The notes beneath the pieces are model-generated. The model had not been told where the DNA came from and ran no database searches. It was given only the letters and a program-made list of their open reading frames with translations. This document shows positions 29,604 to 39,300 of a DNA stretch of 64,000 nucleotides, in pieces (positions within the stretch are counted from its first letter, which is position 1; each line of letters begins with the position of its first letter). Source of the DNA: an uncultured Clostridia bacterium (GTDB lineage: Bacteria; Bacillota; Clostridia; Christensenellales; UBA1242). The translations under genes were made by a program, and so were the position numbers. The stretch is taken from contig CALVNR010000007.1 in assembly GCA_944349905.1 (NCBI GenBank), forward strand, positions 2,444 to 66,443, written 5' to 3'.

Positions 29604-29981
29604 CTATTTTCTATAATGATTTTCAAAATTTTCTTGGTTATCTTGTTGTAAATCATTGTTATGACTAGATTGATTTAGGTGATCTTGTCCAGCTTCACTG
29701 TTGGGCAGTGATGACTGAGTTATTTTTTCTTGAAGATTGTGCATATTGTTTTGCACATTTTTTTTATTTTTGCGAGAAAAAACTGCAATATTTCCTTTGC
29801 CTTTTATAAGTTTGAACACTAATACGATGGCACCTAATCCAAAAAGTATATAAAAAAATCTTGAAAAAATACTTGCTTGAAAACCAAAAAGTCCTGCAAT
29901 AAAATCATATTGAAAAAAGCCTATCATAAGCCAATTTATACTTCCTATTAAAGATAATAAAAATGAAAAAATAGTCAACAT
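29604..29981 (-). CDS. DUF378-like small membrane protein with a Q/N-rich tail
   Basis: LSLIGSINWLMIGFFQYDFIAGLFG and a second TM segment. The SD is AAGGAGAG. Confidence 0.55.
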   Translation of the reverse strand: MLTIFSFLLSLIGSINWLMIGFFQYDFIAGLFGFQASIFSRFFYILFGLGAIVLVFKLIKGKGNIAVFSRKNKKNVQNNMHNLQEKITQSSLPNSEAGQDHLNQSSHNNDLQQDNQENFENHYRK

Positions 29982-30116
29982 ATGACTCTCCTTTGCATAT
30001 ATTATTTGCAATTATAGACAAAAAATTCAAAATAAAAAATGCAAAAAAGGTTTGACTATTTTTTTTATTTGTGTATAATACAATCTATCATGCTTAGATA
30101 CTAAAAGGAGTTTGAC

Positions 30117-30584
30117 ATGGAAATACATTACTTAACTGCCGAAGGCAAAAAAGAATTGGAAGAAAAATTGCAATATTACAAAACTGAAAAAAGAAAAGAA
30201 GTTACTGAAAAAATCGTTAGAGCAAGAGAATTTGGTGATTTATCTGAAAATAGCGAATATGATTCTGCAAAAGAATTACAAGCTCAAATTGAGGCTGAAA
30301 TCGCTGAAATGGAAGATATTCTTTTATCATGCAAAGTTATTTCCAAAAAGGAAATCAAAACAGACGAAGTAAGTGTTGGTTCTACTGTTAAGCTTTATGA
30401 TGAAGAATTTGATGAAGAAATTGAATATAAAATTCTTGGAACAACTGAAAGTAATCCAGCAAAAGGTATAATAAGCAACCATTCTCCTGTTGGTAATGCT
30501 CTTATAGGTAAGAAAGTTGGAGATAAAATTTCTATTAAACTTCCTACTGGTGCTGTAAACTACAAAATTCTTGAAATTAAATAA
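30117..30584 (+). CDS. greA: transcription elongation factor GreA
   Basis: LTAEGKKELEEKLQYYKTEKR..., AREFGDLSENSEYDSAK, and C-terminal SPVGNALIGKKVGD. Confidence 0.95.
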   Translation: MEIHYLTAEGKKELEEKLQYYKTEKRKEVTEKIVRAREFGDLSENSEYDSAKELQAQIEAEIAEMEDILLSCKVISKKEIKTDEVSVGSTVKLYDEEFDEEIEYKILGTTESNPAKGIISNHSPVGNALIGKKVGDKISIKLPTGAVNYKILEIK

Positions 30585-30654
30585 TTTTTGCATTAATTTT
30601 TGTTGCATAGACTTTTGTTTTATTGTATAATTAAATAAAGATTGGTGCAATATT

Positions 30655-31581
30655 ATGATGTTTAAAAATTCAATAAAACTTTTGTGTGCAAACTTTGACA
30701 AAGTGTGGAAACTTTTGGTGTTCCATATTTTGTGTTATGCTTTGTGTTTTGGTTTTTTATGTGTTTTTTATAATTTATATACAGATTCTTTAATTTTAGC
30801 ATGGCAAAATTCAAAACTTACAGAAGTATTTAAAACTGGAACTTTTTATGGATTTACGGTTTCAAATGTTTTAGCTGGAATTGTTAATGCCATTTTCTTT
30901 TTCTTTCAAAGTATCTTTACGCAAAACATTTTTGCTGGCATTTATTTTTGCTTGATTATGTTTTATCTTTTACCATTTTTGACAAACATTGGAAAATATG
31001 TAACAAATGAAATGATGTATGGCTTTATGTCATCTGCTCAAAAACAATCTTTTACAGGGACTCTTTTAAGAACATTAAGAAAATCATGTCAATTTTCTGC
31101 AATTAAATCTTTGTATAGTATCCCATTTAATGCACTTATTGTTTTCTCTATAATAGGACTTGCAAAAATACAAAACAATATTTTTGATTATGTTTTGCCG
31201 CTTGCTTTGGTTATCATACCATCTATTCTTTTTGCTTTTAAACAAACATTTAGCGCTGGATGGTCTCCTGCAATGATAGTTTTTGATGTAAATGTTTGCA
31301 AAGGTTACAGATTGGCAAGCAGAGCAATTTTAAGAAGAGGGGCTAGGGTATTTTCTACTGCTTTTGTTATCTTTTTACTTGCTATTGTTTTGTCATTAAT
31401 ATTGGGTATTTATGCAATAATTATTATTTTGCCTATTGCCTTTCCTTTGGTAGATATTTTTGAAATGACTGCTTTCTTTTCAAGTCAAGGTATGAGATTT
31501 TATGTAGATTATGATACAATTCTTTCACCAAAAAAATTGGAAGAAGTTGATAAAATAGAAAAAGCAAAATACATTTTATAA
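30655..31581 (+). CDS. hypothetical polytopic membrane protein
   Basis: About 6-7 hydrophobic segments. I recognise no motif. Confidence 0.5.
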   Translation: MMFKNSIKLLCANFDKVWKLLVFHILCYALCFGFLCVFYNLYTDSLILAWQNSKLTEVFKTGTFYGFTVSNVLAGIVNAIFFFFQSIFTQNIFAGIYFCLIMFYLLPFLTNIGKYVTNEMMYGFMSSAQKQSFTGTLLRTLRKSCQFSAIKSLYSIPFNALIVFSIIGLAKIQNNIFDYVLPLALVIIPSILFAFKQTFSAGWSPAMIVFDVNVCKGYRLASRAILRRGARVFSTAFVIFLLAIVLSLILGIYAIIIILPIAFPLVDIFEMTAFFSSQGMRFYVDYDTILSPKKLEEVDKIEKAKYIL

Positions 31582-31599
31582 AATTTTTAAAATTTACAA

Positions 31600-31636
31600 C
31601 AAAAGATTGAAACGCGTTGATGCGTGTTTCTTTTGA
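31600..31636 (+). terminator. terminator-like hairpin upstream of RNase J
   Basis: GAAACGCG (31609-31616) pairs with CGTGTTTC (31623-31630). The stem is extended by CAAAAGA/TTTTG and followed by a T run. Confidence 0.55.
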
Positions 31637-31710
31637 TTGTAATAATTTGATGTTTTATATTTTTGATAAAAGCAAAAATATGGATATAAATAAAAATATA
31701 AAAAAAGGAG

Positions 31711-33378
31711 ATGAATATTTTGAATAACAACAAATTGAAAATTACCTTTCTCGGTGGTGTAGGAGAGATTGGTAAAAATATGACTGCTTTTGAATACAAC
31801 AACGAAATTATTTTGGTAGACGCTGGTTTGACTTTTCCAAGTGATGATTTGCCGGGCGTAGATATAGTTATACCAGATATAACATATTTGCTTGAAAATA
31901 AAGACAAAATCAAAGCTATACTTATTACACATGGACATGAAGACCATATTGGAGCATTGCCATTTGTTTTAAAACACTTAAATGTTCCTGTTTATGGTTC
32001 TAGACTTTCTATTGCTCTTGTTGAAAACAAATTAAAAGAACATCCAAATGTTAAATTTAAAGGTATTGCCGTAAAGCCTAAAAATGTTCTAAAAATAGGA
32101 GAATTCATAATTGAGTTTATTAAAGTAAGCCACTCTATTGCTGGTTCTTTGGCATTAAGTATAACTACACCAGTTGGAACTGTTGTTCATACGGGAGATT
32201 TTAAAATTGATTATGAGCCAATTGATGGAACTATGACAGATTTAACTAGATTTGCAGAAATAGGCAGAAAGGGTGTAAATTTGTTGCTTTGTGAAAGCAC
32301 AAATGTATGTAGAAAAGGCTTTTCAATGAGTGAAAGGTCTGTTGGTAGAGCTCTTGAAGAAATTATAAAAGACCATGCAGAGCAAAGAATTATAGTTGCA
32401 ACTTTTGCATCAAACATTCACAGAATGCAACAAATCTTAGATTTGGCTGAAAAATACAAAAGGAAAGTTGCTTTTACTGGAAGAAGTATGGTTAACGTAA
32501 GCGAAGTTGCTATGAAAATAGGAGAACTTTCTTTCAATAGACAAAATATTATTGATATTGAAAAAGTTGACAAACTTGATGATAAAGAAGTCCTTATTAT
32601 GACAACTGGAAGTCAAGGTGAACCAATGAGTGCTTTGACTAGAATGGCTGCTGGTGAGTTTAAAAACTTAAAACTTAAATCAAACGACTTAGTTATTTTA
32701 TCAGCTTCGCCAATTCCTGGAAATGAAAAAAATGTATACAATGTTATAAATGCTATTTACAAACAAGGTGCTGATGTTATTTATGATGAACTTGCCGATG
32801 TTCATACTTCTGGTCATGCTTGTCAAGAAGAATTAAAACTTATTCATAGTCTTGTAAAACCAAAACATTTTATTCCTATTCATGGAGAATATAGACACTT
32901 AAAGACTCATAAAGAATTGGCAATGACTTTGGGTATGGATGAGCGGAATATAATTTTGCCAAGTATTGGAATGCAGGTAGAAGTAGGGCCAAATTCTATT
33001 AGACAAAGTGGATTTGTTACTGCTGGTCAAAGACTTGTAGATGGTATGGGAATAGGTGACATGGATAGTAATGTTTTACGCGAAAGAAAACAACTCTCAG
33101 AAGATGGAATTTGTGTTGTTTGCGTAAACATTAATAACATTGCTGGTGAGATTACTAGCGACCCTATAATTATAACAAGAGGTGTTGTGTATGCAGATGA
33201 ACAAGAAAGTTTTGTTCAAGATGCAAAAGTAAGTATAATAGCATCGTTAAAAGAAGCTGATTTAAGGGGTGTTGAACCTGCTGTTATTAAACAATCTCTT
33301 AGAAGAAATATCTCAAATTTCATTTTTAGAAGAACAAAACGTCGTCCTATGATTTTGACTATTGTTACTTTGGATTAA
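31711..33378 (+). CDS. rnj: ribonuclease J
   Basis: LGGVGEIGKNM, HGHEDHIG (metallo-beta-lactamase), beta-CASP, and a C-terminal domain. The true start may be the TTG at 31720, because GGAG abuts ATG 31711. Confidence 0.9.
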   Translation: MNILNNNKLKITFLGGVGEIGKNMTAFEYNNEIILVDAGLTFPSDDLPGVDIVIPDITYLLENKDKIKAILITHGHEDHIGALPFVLKHLNVPVYGSRLSIALVENKLKEHPNVKFKGIAVKPKNVLKIGEFIIEFIKVSHSIAGSLALSITTPVGTVVHTGDFKIDYEPIDGTMTDLTRFAEIGRKGVNLLLCESTNVCRKGFSMSERSVGRALEEIIKDHAEQRIIVATFASNIHRMQQILDLAEKYKRKVAFTGRSMVNVSEVAMKIGELSFNRQNIIDIEKVDKLDDKEVLIMTTGSQGEPMSALTRMAAGEFKNLKLKSNDLVILSASPIPGNEKNVYNVINAIYKQGADVIYDELADVHTSGHACQEELKLIHSLVKPKHFIPIHGEYRHLKTHKELAMTLGMDERNIILPSIGMQVEVGPNSIRQSGFVTAGQRLVDGMGIGDMDSNVLRERKQLSEDGICVVCVNINNIAGEITSDPIIITRGVVYADEQESFVQDAKVSIIASLKEADLRGVEPAVIKQSLRRNISNFIFRRTKRRPMILTIVTLD

Positions 33379-33392
33379 ATGGATATAAAGCC

Positions 33393-33974
33393 ATGTTAGA
33401 AGAATTAGAAAAATATGCACAAGAAAATTTTGTTCCTATAATTAGAACAGAATCTGCAAAAATGTTGATAGAGAATATAAAAAGAAAAAATCCTAAACAA
33501 ATTCTGGAAATTGGCACAGCAATAGGTTATTCAGGCTTGTTAATTTTAAATAATTGCGAAGGATTTTTGACAACAATAGAGAAAAATCCAGAGCGAGAAA
33601 AAATAGCCGAAAAGAATTTCCAAATATACAAAAAAACAGAAAGAGCAAAATTAATTTGTGACGATGCACAAAATGTTTTAGAAAAACTTTGCTTATCAAA
33701 CAAGCATTTTGATTTTGTTTTTTTAGACGGCCCAAAAGGACAATATATAAAATATTTACCTTTAATAAAAAATATTTTAAACAAAGGTGGAATTTTATTT
33801 GCAGACAACATTTATTTACATGGAATGGTTAAGTCCGAAAAACCTATTGAACATAAGCATAGAACAATGGTCGTAAATTTAAGAAAATTTTTAAAATTGT
33901 TACAGGAAGATAAAGATTTTGAAACAAAACTTTATGATGTTGAAGATGGAATTGCTATTGCTACATTAAAATAA
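33393..33974 (+). CDS. class I SAM-dependent O-methyltransferase (family 3, YrrM/TrmR-like)
   Basis: ILEIGTAIGYSGL, FDFVFLDGPKGQY and GGILFADN. Confidence 0.7.
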   Translation: MLEELEKYAQENFVPIIRTESAKMLIENIKRKNPKQILEIGTAIGYSGLLILNNCEGFLTTIEKNPEREKIAEKNFQIYKKTERAKLICDDAQNVLEKLCLSNKHFDFVFLDGPKGQYIKYLPLIKNILNKGGILFADNIYLHGMVKSEKPIEHKHRTMVVNLRKFLKLLQEDKDFETKLYDVEDGIAIATLK

Positions 33975-34035
33975 TTTATAAAAAAATAAAAAAGTTGCGA
34001 ATTTTACTTTTTTATTTTTTTTAATTATTATTTTG

Positions 34036-34064
34036 TTGTATTTTTTTTTCAATTTTGTTACAAT
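34036..34064 (+). promoter_or_regulatory. sigma-A type promoter with extended -10; leaderless candidate for the PAP2 gene
   Basis: TTGTAT (34036-34041), a 17-nt spacer, then TGtTACAAT (34056-34064). The ATG is at 34071, 6 nt later, with no SD. Confidence 0.45.
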
Positions 34065-34070
34065 AATAGC

Positions 34071-34652
34071 ATGGAATTTGAAGTAAATTTGATAAAATTT
34101 TTACAAACTGGTTTGTCTAATGCTTGGATTTCTTTTTTTCAAACAGTAACTCTTTTTGGCAGTTGGCTTGGAATAATAATAGCATTTTTTGTGATTTTTT
34201 ATAAGAAAAAGGTTATGGCTTTATTGATGCTGTTTACAATAGCTTTTGCATCTGTTATAAATTATATTATCAAAAACATTGTTTGCAAACCTCGTCCATT
34301 TGACACATATGATTTTATTGTCAATTATGGTGGAGAAGGTGGTTTTAGTATGCCATCAGGTCATAGCGTATGTGTAGCTGTTATTGCAATATTTTTATGT
34401 GTTTATGCTTTTCAAGTTTGCAAAACAAAAACTTTAAAAATCTTGGCTTCAAGTTTTGTAACATTATTAGCGCTTCTTGTTGCCTTTTCAAGAATGGTTC
34501 TTGGTGTGCATTATTTAACTGATGTTTTAATAGGGTTAATAGAAGGGACAATAATTGCTTCAATATTACTTTTGTTATATTTTTATTATATGAATAAATT
34601 AAGAAAGATTGTTTTGTTAAATCGTAAAACAAATGGAGAAGATGATGAATAA
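34071..34652 (+). CDS. PAP2 family phosphatase (BcrC/undecaprenyl-diphosphatase-like)
   Basis: KPRPF, PSGHS and SRMVLGVHYLTDV motifs; polytopic. Confidence 0.75.
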   Translation: MEFEVNLIKFLQTGLSNAWISFFQTVTLFGSWLGIIIAFFVIFYKKKVMALLMLFTIAFASVINYIIKNIVCKPRPFDTYDFIVNYGGEGGFSMPSGHSVCVAVIAIFLCVYAFQVCKTKTLKILASSFVTLLALLVAFSRMVLGVHYLTDVLIGLIEGTIIASILLLLYFYYMNKLRKIVLLNRKTNGEDDE

Positions 34653-35082
34653 ATTGCTTATTAATACAAAATCAGAAGAAGAAACAATGAGGTTTGCAGA
34701 AAAGTTTGCTACTTTTTTAAGCAAAGGTAATGTGTTATTGCTTCATGGAGACTTAGGGGCAGGTAAAACTCATTTTGTAAAAGGTTTGGTTAAAGGTTTT
34801 GGCTCAAATGCCACTGTTACCAGTCCTACTTTTACTTTGCTTAATATCTATGAAGATGGAAAATTTCCAATTTATCATTTTGATATGTATAGATTAAATT
34901 CTCTTGAAGAAGCACAGGAAATGGGGTTTGCTGAGTATTTTGATGTAACATCGTTAAATGGTGTCTCAATAGTGGAATGGCCTGAAAATGTCAAAGGTTT
35001 GATTAATTGCCCACATATTAATATAGAAATAAAAAAAATGGGGGAAAATGAAAGGCAAATCTTAATAGGAGGTGGAGAATAA
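34645..35082 (+). CDS. tsaE: tRNA t6A biosynthesis ATPase TsaE
   Basis: LHGDLGAGKTHFVKG, SPTFTL, HFDMYRL. The start at 34645 lies 6 nt after GGAG; 34633 and 34642 are alternatives. Confidence 0.85.
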   Translation: MNKLLINTKSEEETMRFAEKFATFLSKGNVLLLHGDLGAGKTHFVKGLVKGFGSNATVTSPTFTLLNIYEDGKFPIYHFDMYRLNSLEEAQEMGFAEYFDVTSLNGVSIVEWPENVKGLINCPHINIEIKKMGENERQILIGGGE

Positions 35083-35726
35083 TGATAGCATTGTGTTCTG
35101 CCTTTAAAAAAGGATTGATTGCTTTAAAGATAAAAGAAAAAATTGACTATTCAGAGCTAGATGCAAATTGTGGGCATAGCGAAAAAATGTTGCCTGCAAT
35201 TAATGACATGCTTGAAAAAAATGGACTAAAATTAAATGATAATGATACATTTGCTGTTGTTGTGGGACCAGGTTCTTTTACTGGATTAAGAATATCTTTG
35301 GGGCTTATTAAGGGGTTGTGTTGTGGTTTTAAAAGTTTTAATGTTATAAAAATAACTTCTTTTGAACTTATGGCATATACATATATCAAAAAGTTTAAAC
35401 CAGACTCAGATTTCTATTGCGTTATAAATGCTTTAAGTGGTAATATTTTTGTTGCAAAATTTGATAAAAACGGTAAACAATTGACAGAAGAGGGAATTGA
35501 AAACATAGAGTTTTTAAATACAAATAATGTTTTTGTAGGATTAGAAGAAGAAAAACTTACAAAAATCCAGATTGAACTTAATTCTGCTGACTTGTTGGAA
35601 GTTGCAATGATTAAAAATAGTGAAGAAAATTATGTAAATATCAAAAATCTCCAACCTTTGTATTTAAGAAAAAGTCAAGCAGAAGATGATGTAGAAAAAA
35701 AAGAAAAAAATCTTAAAAAAATATAA
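35082..35726 (+). CDS. tsaB: tRNA t6A biosynthesis protein TsaB
   Basis: VVGPGSFTGLRISLG, and its position after tsaE. Confidence 0.8.
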   Translation: MIALCSAFKKGLIALKIKEKIDYSELDANCGHSEKMLPAINDMLEKNGLKLNDNDTFAVVVGPGSFTGLRISLGLIKGLCCGFKSFNVIKITSFELMAYTYIKKFKPDSDFYCVINALSGNIFVAKFDKNGKQLTEEGIENIEFLNTNNVFVGLEEEKLTKIQIELNSADLLEVAMIKNSEENYVNIKNLQPLYLRKSQAEDDVEKKEKNLKKI

Positions 35727-35802
35727 AAAACATGTAAAAATTATTAGACATTTTTTCTATATATTAGTATAATGTTGAAGAAAACAAATAAAGGAGCTTT
35801 TT

Positions 35803-36327
35803 ATGAAAAAACCTGTTTATATTAGATGCCCAAGATGCGAACTAAATTATATTCAAAAAAAGGATAAATACTGTTCTGTATGCAAAGCTGAAATGGAAGC
35901 AAAAAGAGATTATGTAGACGATATAGATTTGGAATTATGCCCAATTTGTAAAACAAACTATATTCAAACTGACGAAATAATGTGTGCTAACTGCTTAAAA
36001 GAACATCAAAACGAAGATGGAGAATTGTCTACTGATTGGGAAGATTACATGGTAAGAGATGATGAAGAAGATATTATGACAGCAGAAGATGAAACAGGTG
36101 AAATGGCTTCTGTTACAGATATAACAAAATCTTCATTGCTTGATGATGATGATATTGCGCCAGATATCAACTTTGATGATGACGATATCGCCTTTGGTGA
36201 AGATTTTGAAGATGAAGACGAAGACGAAGATGATAATGAAGATGATTTTGACGAAGATGATTTTGACGATATAGACGATGAAGACGAAGATGACGAAGAC
36301 GATTTTGATGATGACGATGATGAATAA
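35803..36327 (+). CDS. double zinc-ribbon protein with a long poly-acidic C-terminal tail
   Basis: Two CxxC...CxxC units are present (CPRC-x12-CSVC and CPIC-x13-CANC). The last ~90 residues are almost entirely D/E with interspersed F/I. The SD is AAAGGAG. Confidence 0.6.
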   Translation: MKKPVYIRCPRCELNYIQKKDKYCSVCKAEMEAKRDYVDDIDLELCPICKTNYIQTDEIMCANCLKEHQNEDGELSTDWEDYMVRDDEEDIMTAEDETGEMASVTDITKSSLLDDDDIAPDINFDDDDIAFGEDFEDEDEDEDDNEDDFDEDDFDDIDDEDEDDEDDFDDDDDE

Positions 36328-36330
36328 GAT

Positions 36331-36366
36331 AAAAAAAGAAGACTAAATTTTAGTCTTCTTTTTTAT
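36331..36366. terminator. bidirectional terminator between convergent genes
   Basis: AAGAAGACT (36336-36344) pairs with AGTCTTCTT (36352-36360). It is flanked by A and T runs and overlaps the stop of the minus-strand gene. Confidence 0.7.
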
Positions 36367-39300
36367 TGTCTTTATTTTTTTTCCTTTCAAGTTTTATTTT
36401 GTATTCTTCTTCTTGTTGAATATCTTTTTCAAGATTTATTAAATATTCAGGTGAAGATACTTGTTCTATTTGTTCTTCCAAGATATTCAATTTTTCTTCC
36501 AATTTGTTTATGTTTGCTGAATACTGTTTGAATTCTTTTTCAATTTCTTTTGTTATTTTACCTTTATCATTTAATCTGGCTTCTTTAACAAATATCTTGT
36601 GTGTTTCTTCAAGATTTTCTTTTTCTTTAATCAAACTATTTTTAGCATTAAACAAATTGTTTAATTCTTCTTCTTTTCTTCTCTTTGCTTCATTTTTAAT
36701 AAGCTCAGTATCAATAGAGATTTTTCTATCATATTTTGATTGTGTCAACTTGTCTTTCTTTTTAAATTTTATTTTTCTAAGGAAGAAAGCAATTATTGCA
36801 ACAATCATAGCAAGAGCCATTACAATTGAACCAACTAAAAGCCAAGGGGATGTTTCAGGTGTAGTGTCTGCAGAAGTGTCATCATCTGTTGTTGTATCAT
36901 CATCTGTTGTATCGTCTGAAGCAGATTCATATTTGCTTTGGAATACAGTTTGTCCGTAGAATTGATTTGATTTTGCAGCATTGTATTCTTCTTGTGTACA
37001 TGATGTTAAATCAATATTTGTCAACAAAGCAGTGCCGTATGTGTCTGAACAATCAGATGTTAAACTAAACATTAAATTTGAAGTAGAAGCTTCTGAACTA
37101 TTTAAGTAAATAGTAAATGTGGTTAATTTGTTGTTTGCTTTTAAGTTTTTTATAATTTCAAAGCCATCTAATCCAATTGAAGCACCATAATTATAATCTT
37201 TATCTTCATCTAGATTTTCGTTAAAGAATGTTTTTAAATCAAATGTTAATTTGTAATATGAATCACTTTCCAAATTCAAAGTATATACGGATTTTAAAGT
37301 TGAAACGCTCGGTTTTTTAGAAGTAATCACAAGCAAATTTAAATCGTTTTCAATACCATAAACATTTTCTTTTCCTAAAACCAAACCACCAACAGCATAG
37401 TTTTCTGAAACTTCGTTACCATCTAACGCTTCATCTATTGAAAATGTATAAGCAGAAGTAGTTTTTGATTGATGAACATCTTCTGTTAATTTATCACTTT
37501 CAAAAGACAAGAAGTAATCAGTGAAATCATTTTTGTATGGGGCACTATTAAATTCTTTTTCATTAGAGTCTGTTACAGTTAAATTGTCAAGATAAACCCA
37601 ACCAGCAACTTTATTTTCTTCATTTCCAAAAGAAATTTTTATATTAATGTTACTTGAAATAGTTTCTGCAGTGTGTAAAATAATTTCAATTTTATTCCAA
37701 TCTGATTCACTTTTTATATTGCTTTGGTCAAACAATATTATTCCGTTGCTATCAGTAATTTGAACATTTATACTAGCAGGTGTATTAAAATTTGTTGATA
37801 AAGTATATAAGTCAAATGAAATTTTTTGATATGAATTTTTTGCAAGAGTAAATTCAGATGATGTTAATGATTGCCAAGTTTCGGAATTGTTGAACATCAT
37901 ATAAACATTATTAGGCTGTGTTGAATAGTTAGGGTTGCCAGGGTTAATACCATACCAAGAATAGTCATCATTTTTGTACATTTCATCATACAATTCTTTA
38001 TTGCTTATATTAATAACACCAGAAGTACATTCTTTTTCATTTCCTATTTCAGTTGTAAAGTTTGATGCTTTTACAGGGTATGAATTTTGTGAATTTTCTG
38101 TTTGGTTAAAGTATGAATTGTAAGTATTTTCTGTGTTATATGATTTTAATTCAACTTTGTTGCTTGCACTTGAATATTCTTCATAAGTTGCATTTAAAAC
38201 TTTAATGTTATCAACAATTACGCAACCTTTTGCGCTTGAACTTTCATTTCCCAAAGAAAGAACAATATTGAAAGATGTTTTATATAAAGAATGTCCTTTC
38301 ACATAAAATTCAACAGTTTGATAATTGTTTGTAAAATCATTTGTTGTATTGCTTGTTATTCCGGAACTAGCACCACTTTGTAAAGTATATGGATAAGAAG
38401 TGTTATTTAAAGAAGGGTAGTAGTCATAAATGTTTTCATTTTCTTGTATTCCCAGTGTAAAACTGCCATTTTCAATACTAGAAACTTTAACAGAAGCAGT
38501 TATTTTATATATTTGATGTGGATATATATCAATAGATTTTGATTGAACACTTACATAACCATCTTCTTTTGAATACAAAACCAATGCTTGTTTATTTGCT
38601 TTATTGTTTAATATATCATAAGATAAGTCCATGCCCACATAATCATAGCCGGTTTTGTCTTTAAAGTTTGAAGGTAATGTGTCAAGTCGCATTATCTGTG
38701 CTTCACCATTTTTGCTTTCTTTTTTGCTCCATGCAGTTCCCAATGAGTTTAATGATGAAGTTGTAGATTCTTCTTCAAAATTTAAATTGTATGAAGAATC
38801 AACGATATCAGCATTTTCTTCAAGCAAATCTTTTACTAAAAACTTTGTGTCTTTTGAATTTAAATCGTTATAGTTATCAGCTTTATAATTTTTTAAGTTG
38901 ATGGTGTCCACAAATTCATTAGCAGAATATTGAAACATTTTAATTTCATCAAAGAAAACAACACCTGTGCTATATTCACTTTTATTTGAACCTAGATAAA
39001 AATCTAATGTTACGGTTTGACTTTCATCTCCTGTCGCAACATAAATTTCATATGACTTCCAGCCTGAGTTGTTAAGATTTTCATATCCAATTTCAACAAC
39101 ATCTCCATTTTCGTCAGTTATACCAGACAAATAAATAGAAGCATTTACAGAATCATCATTATTTAATGCTGTTTTTACGGCAACAGAAAATGAATAATAA
39201 GAATTTGCGTCTAAAGTTATTTCGTCAGAGCGGTAACCTTTGTTTGCTAGCTGATTTATTTTGTCTTTTGAAGTTCTAGAATTTATCATTAAAATTCCAC

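Noticed and set aside
31587-31947. Two overlapping minus-strand ORFs (108 and 117 aa) over the RNase J promoter and start
   Set aside because: They are antisense to the rnj 5' end and to a terminator hairpin. Their composition is typical of translated AT-rich non-coding DNA.
36060-36327. GAT/GAA/GAC-rich stretch as a DNA microsatellite or slippage tract
   Set aside because: It is an imperfect codon-level repeat that stays in frame and encodes the acidic tail of the zinc-ribbon protein. There is no exact tandem unit of constant length.
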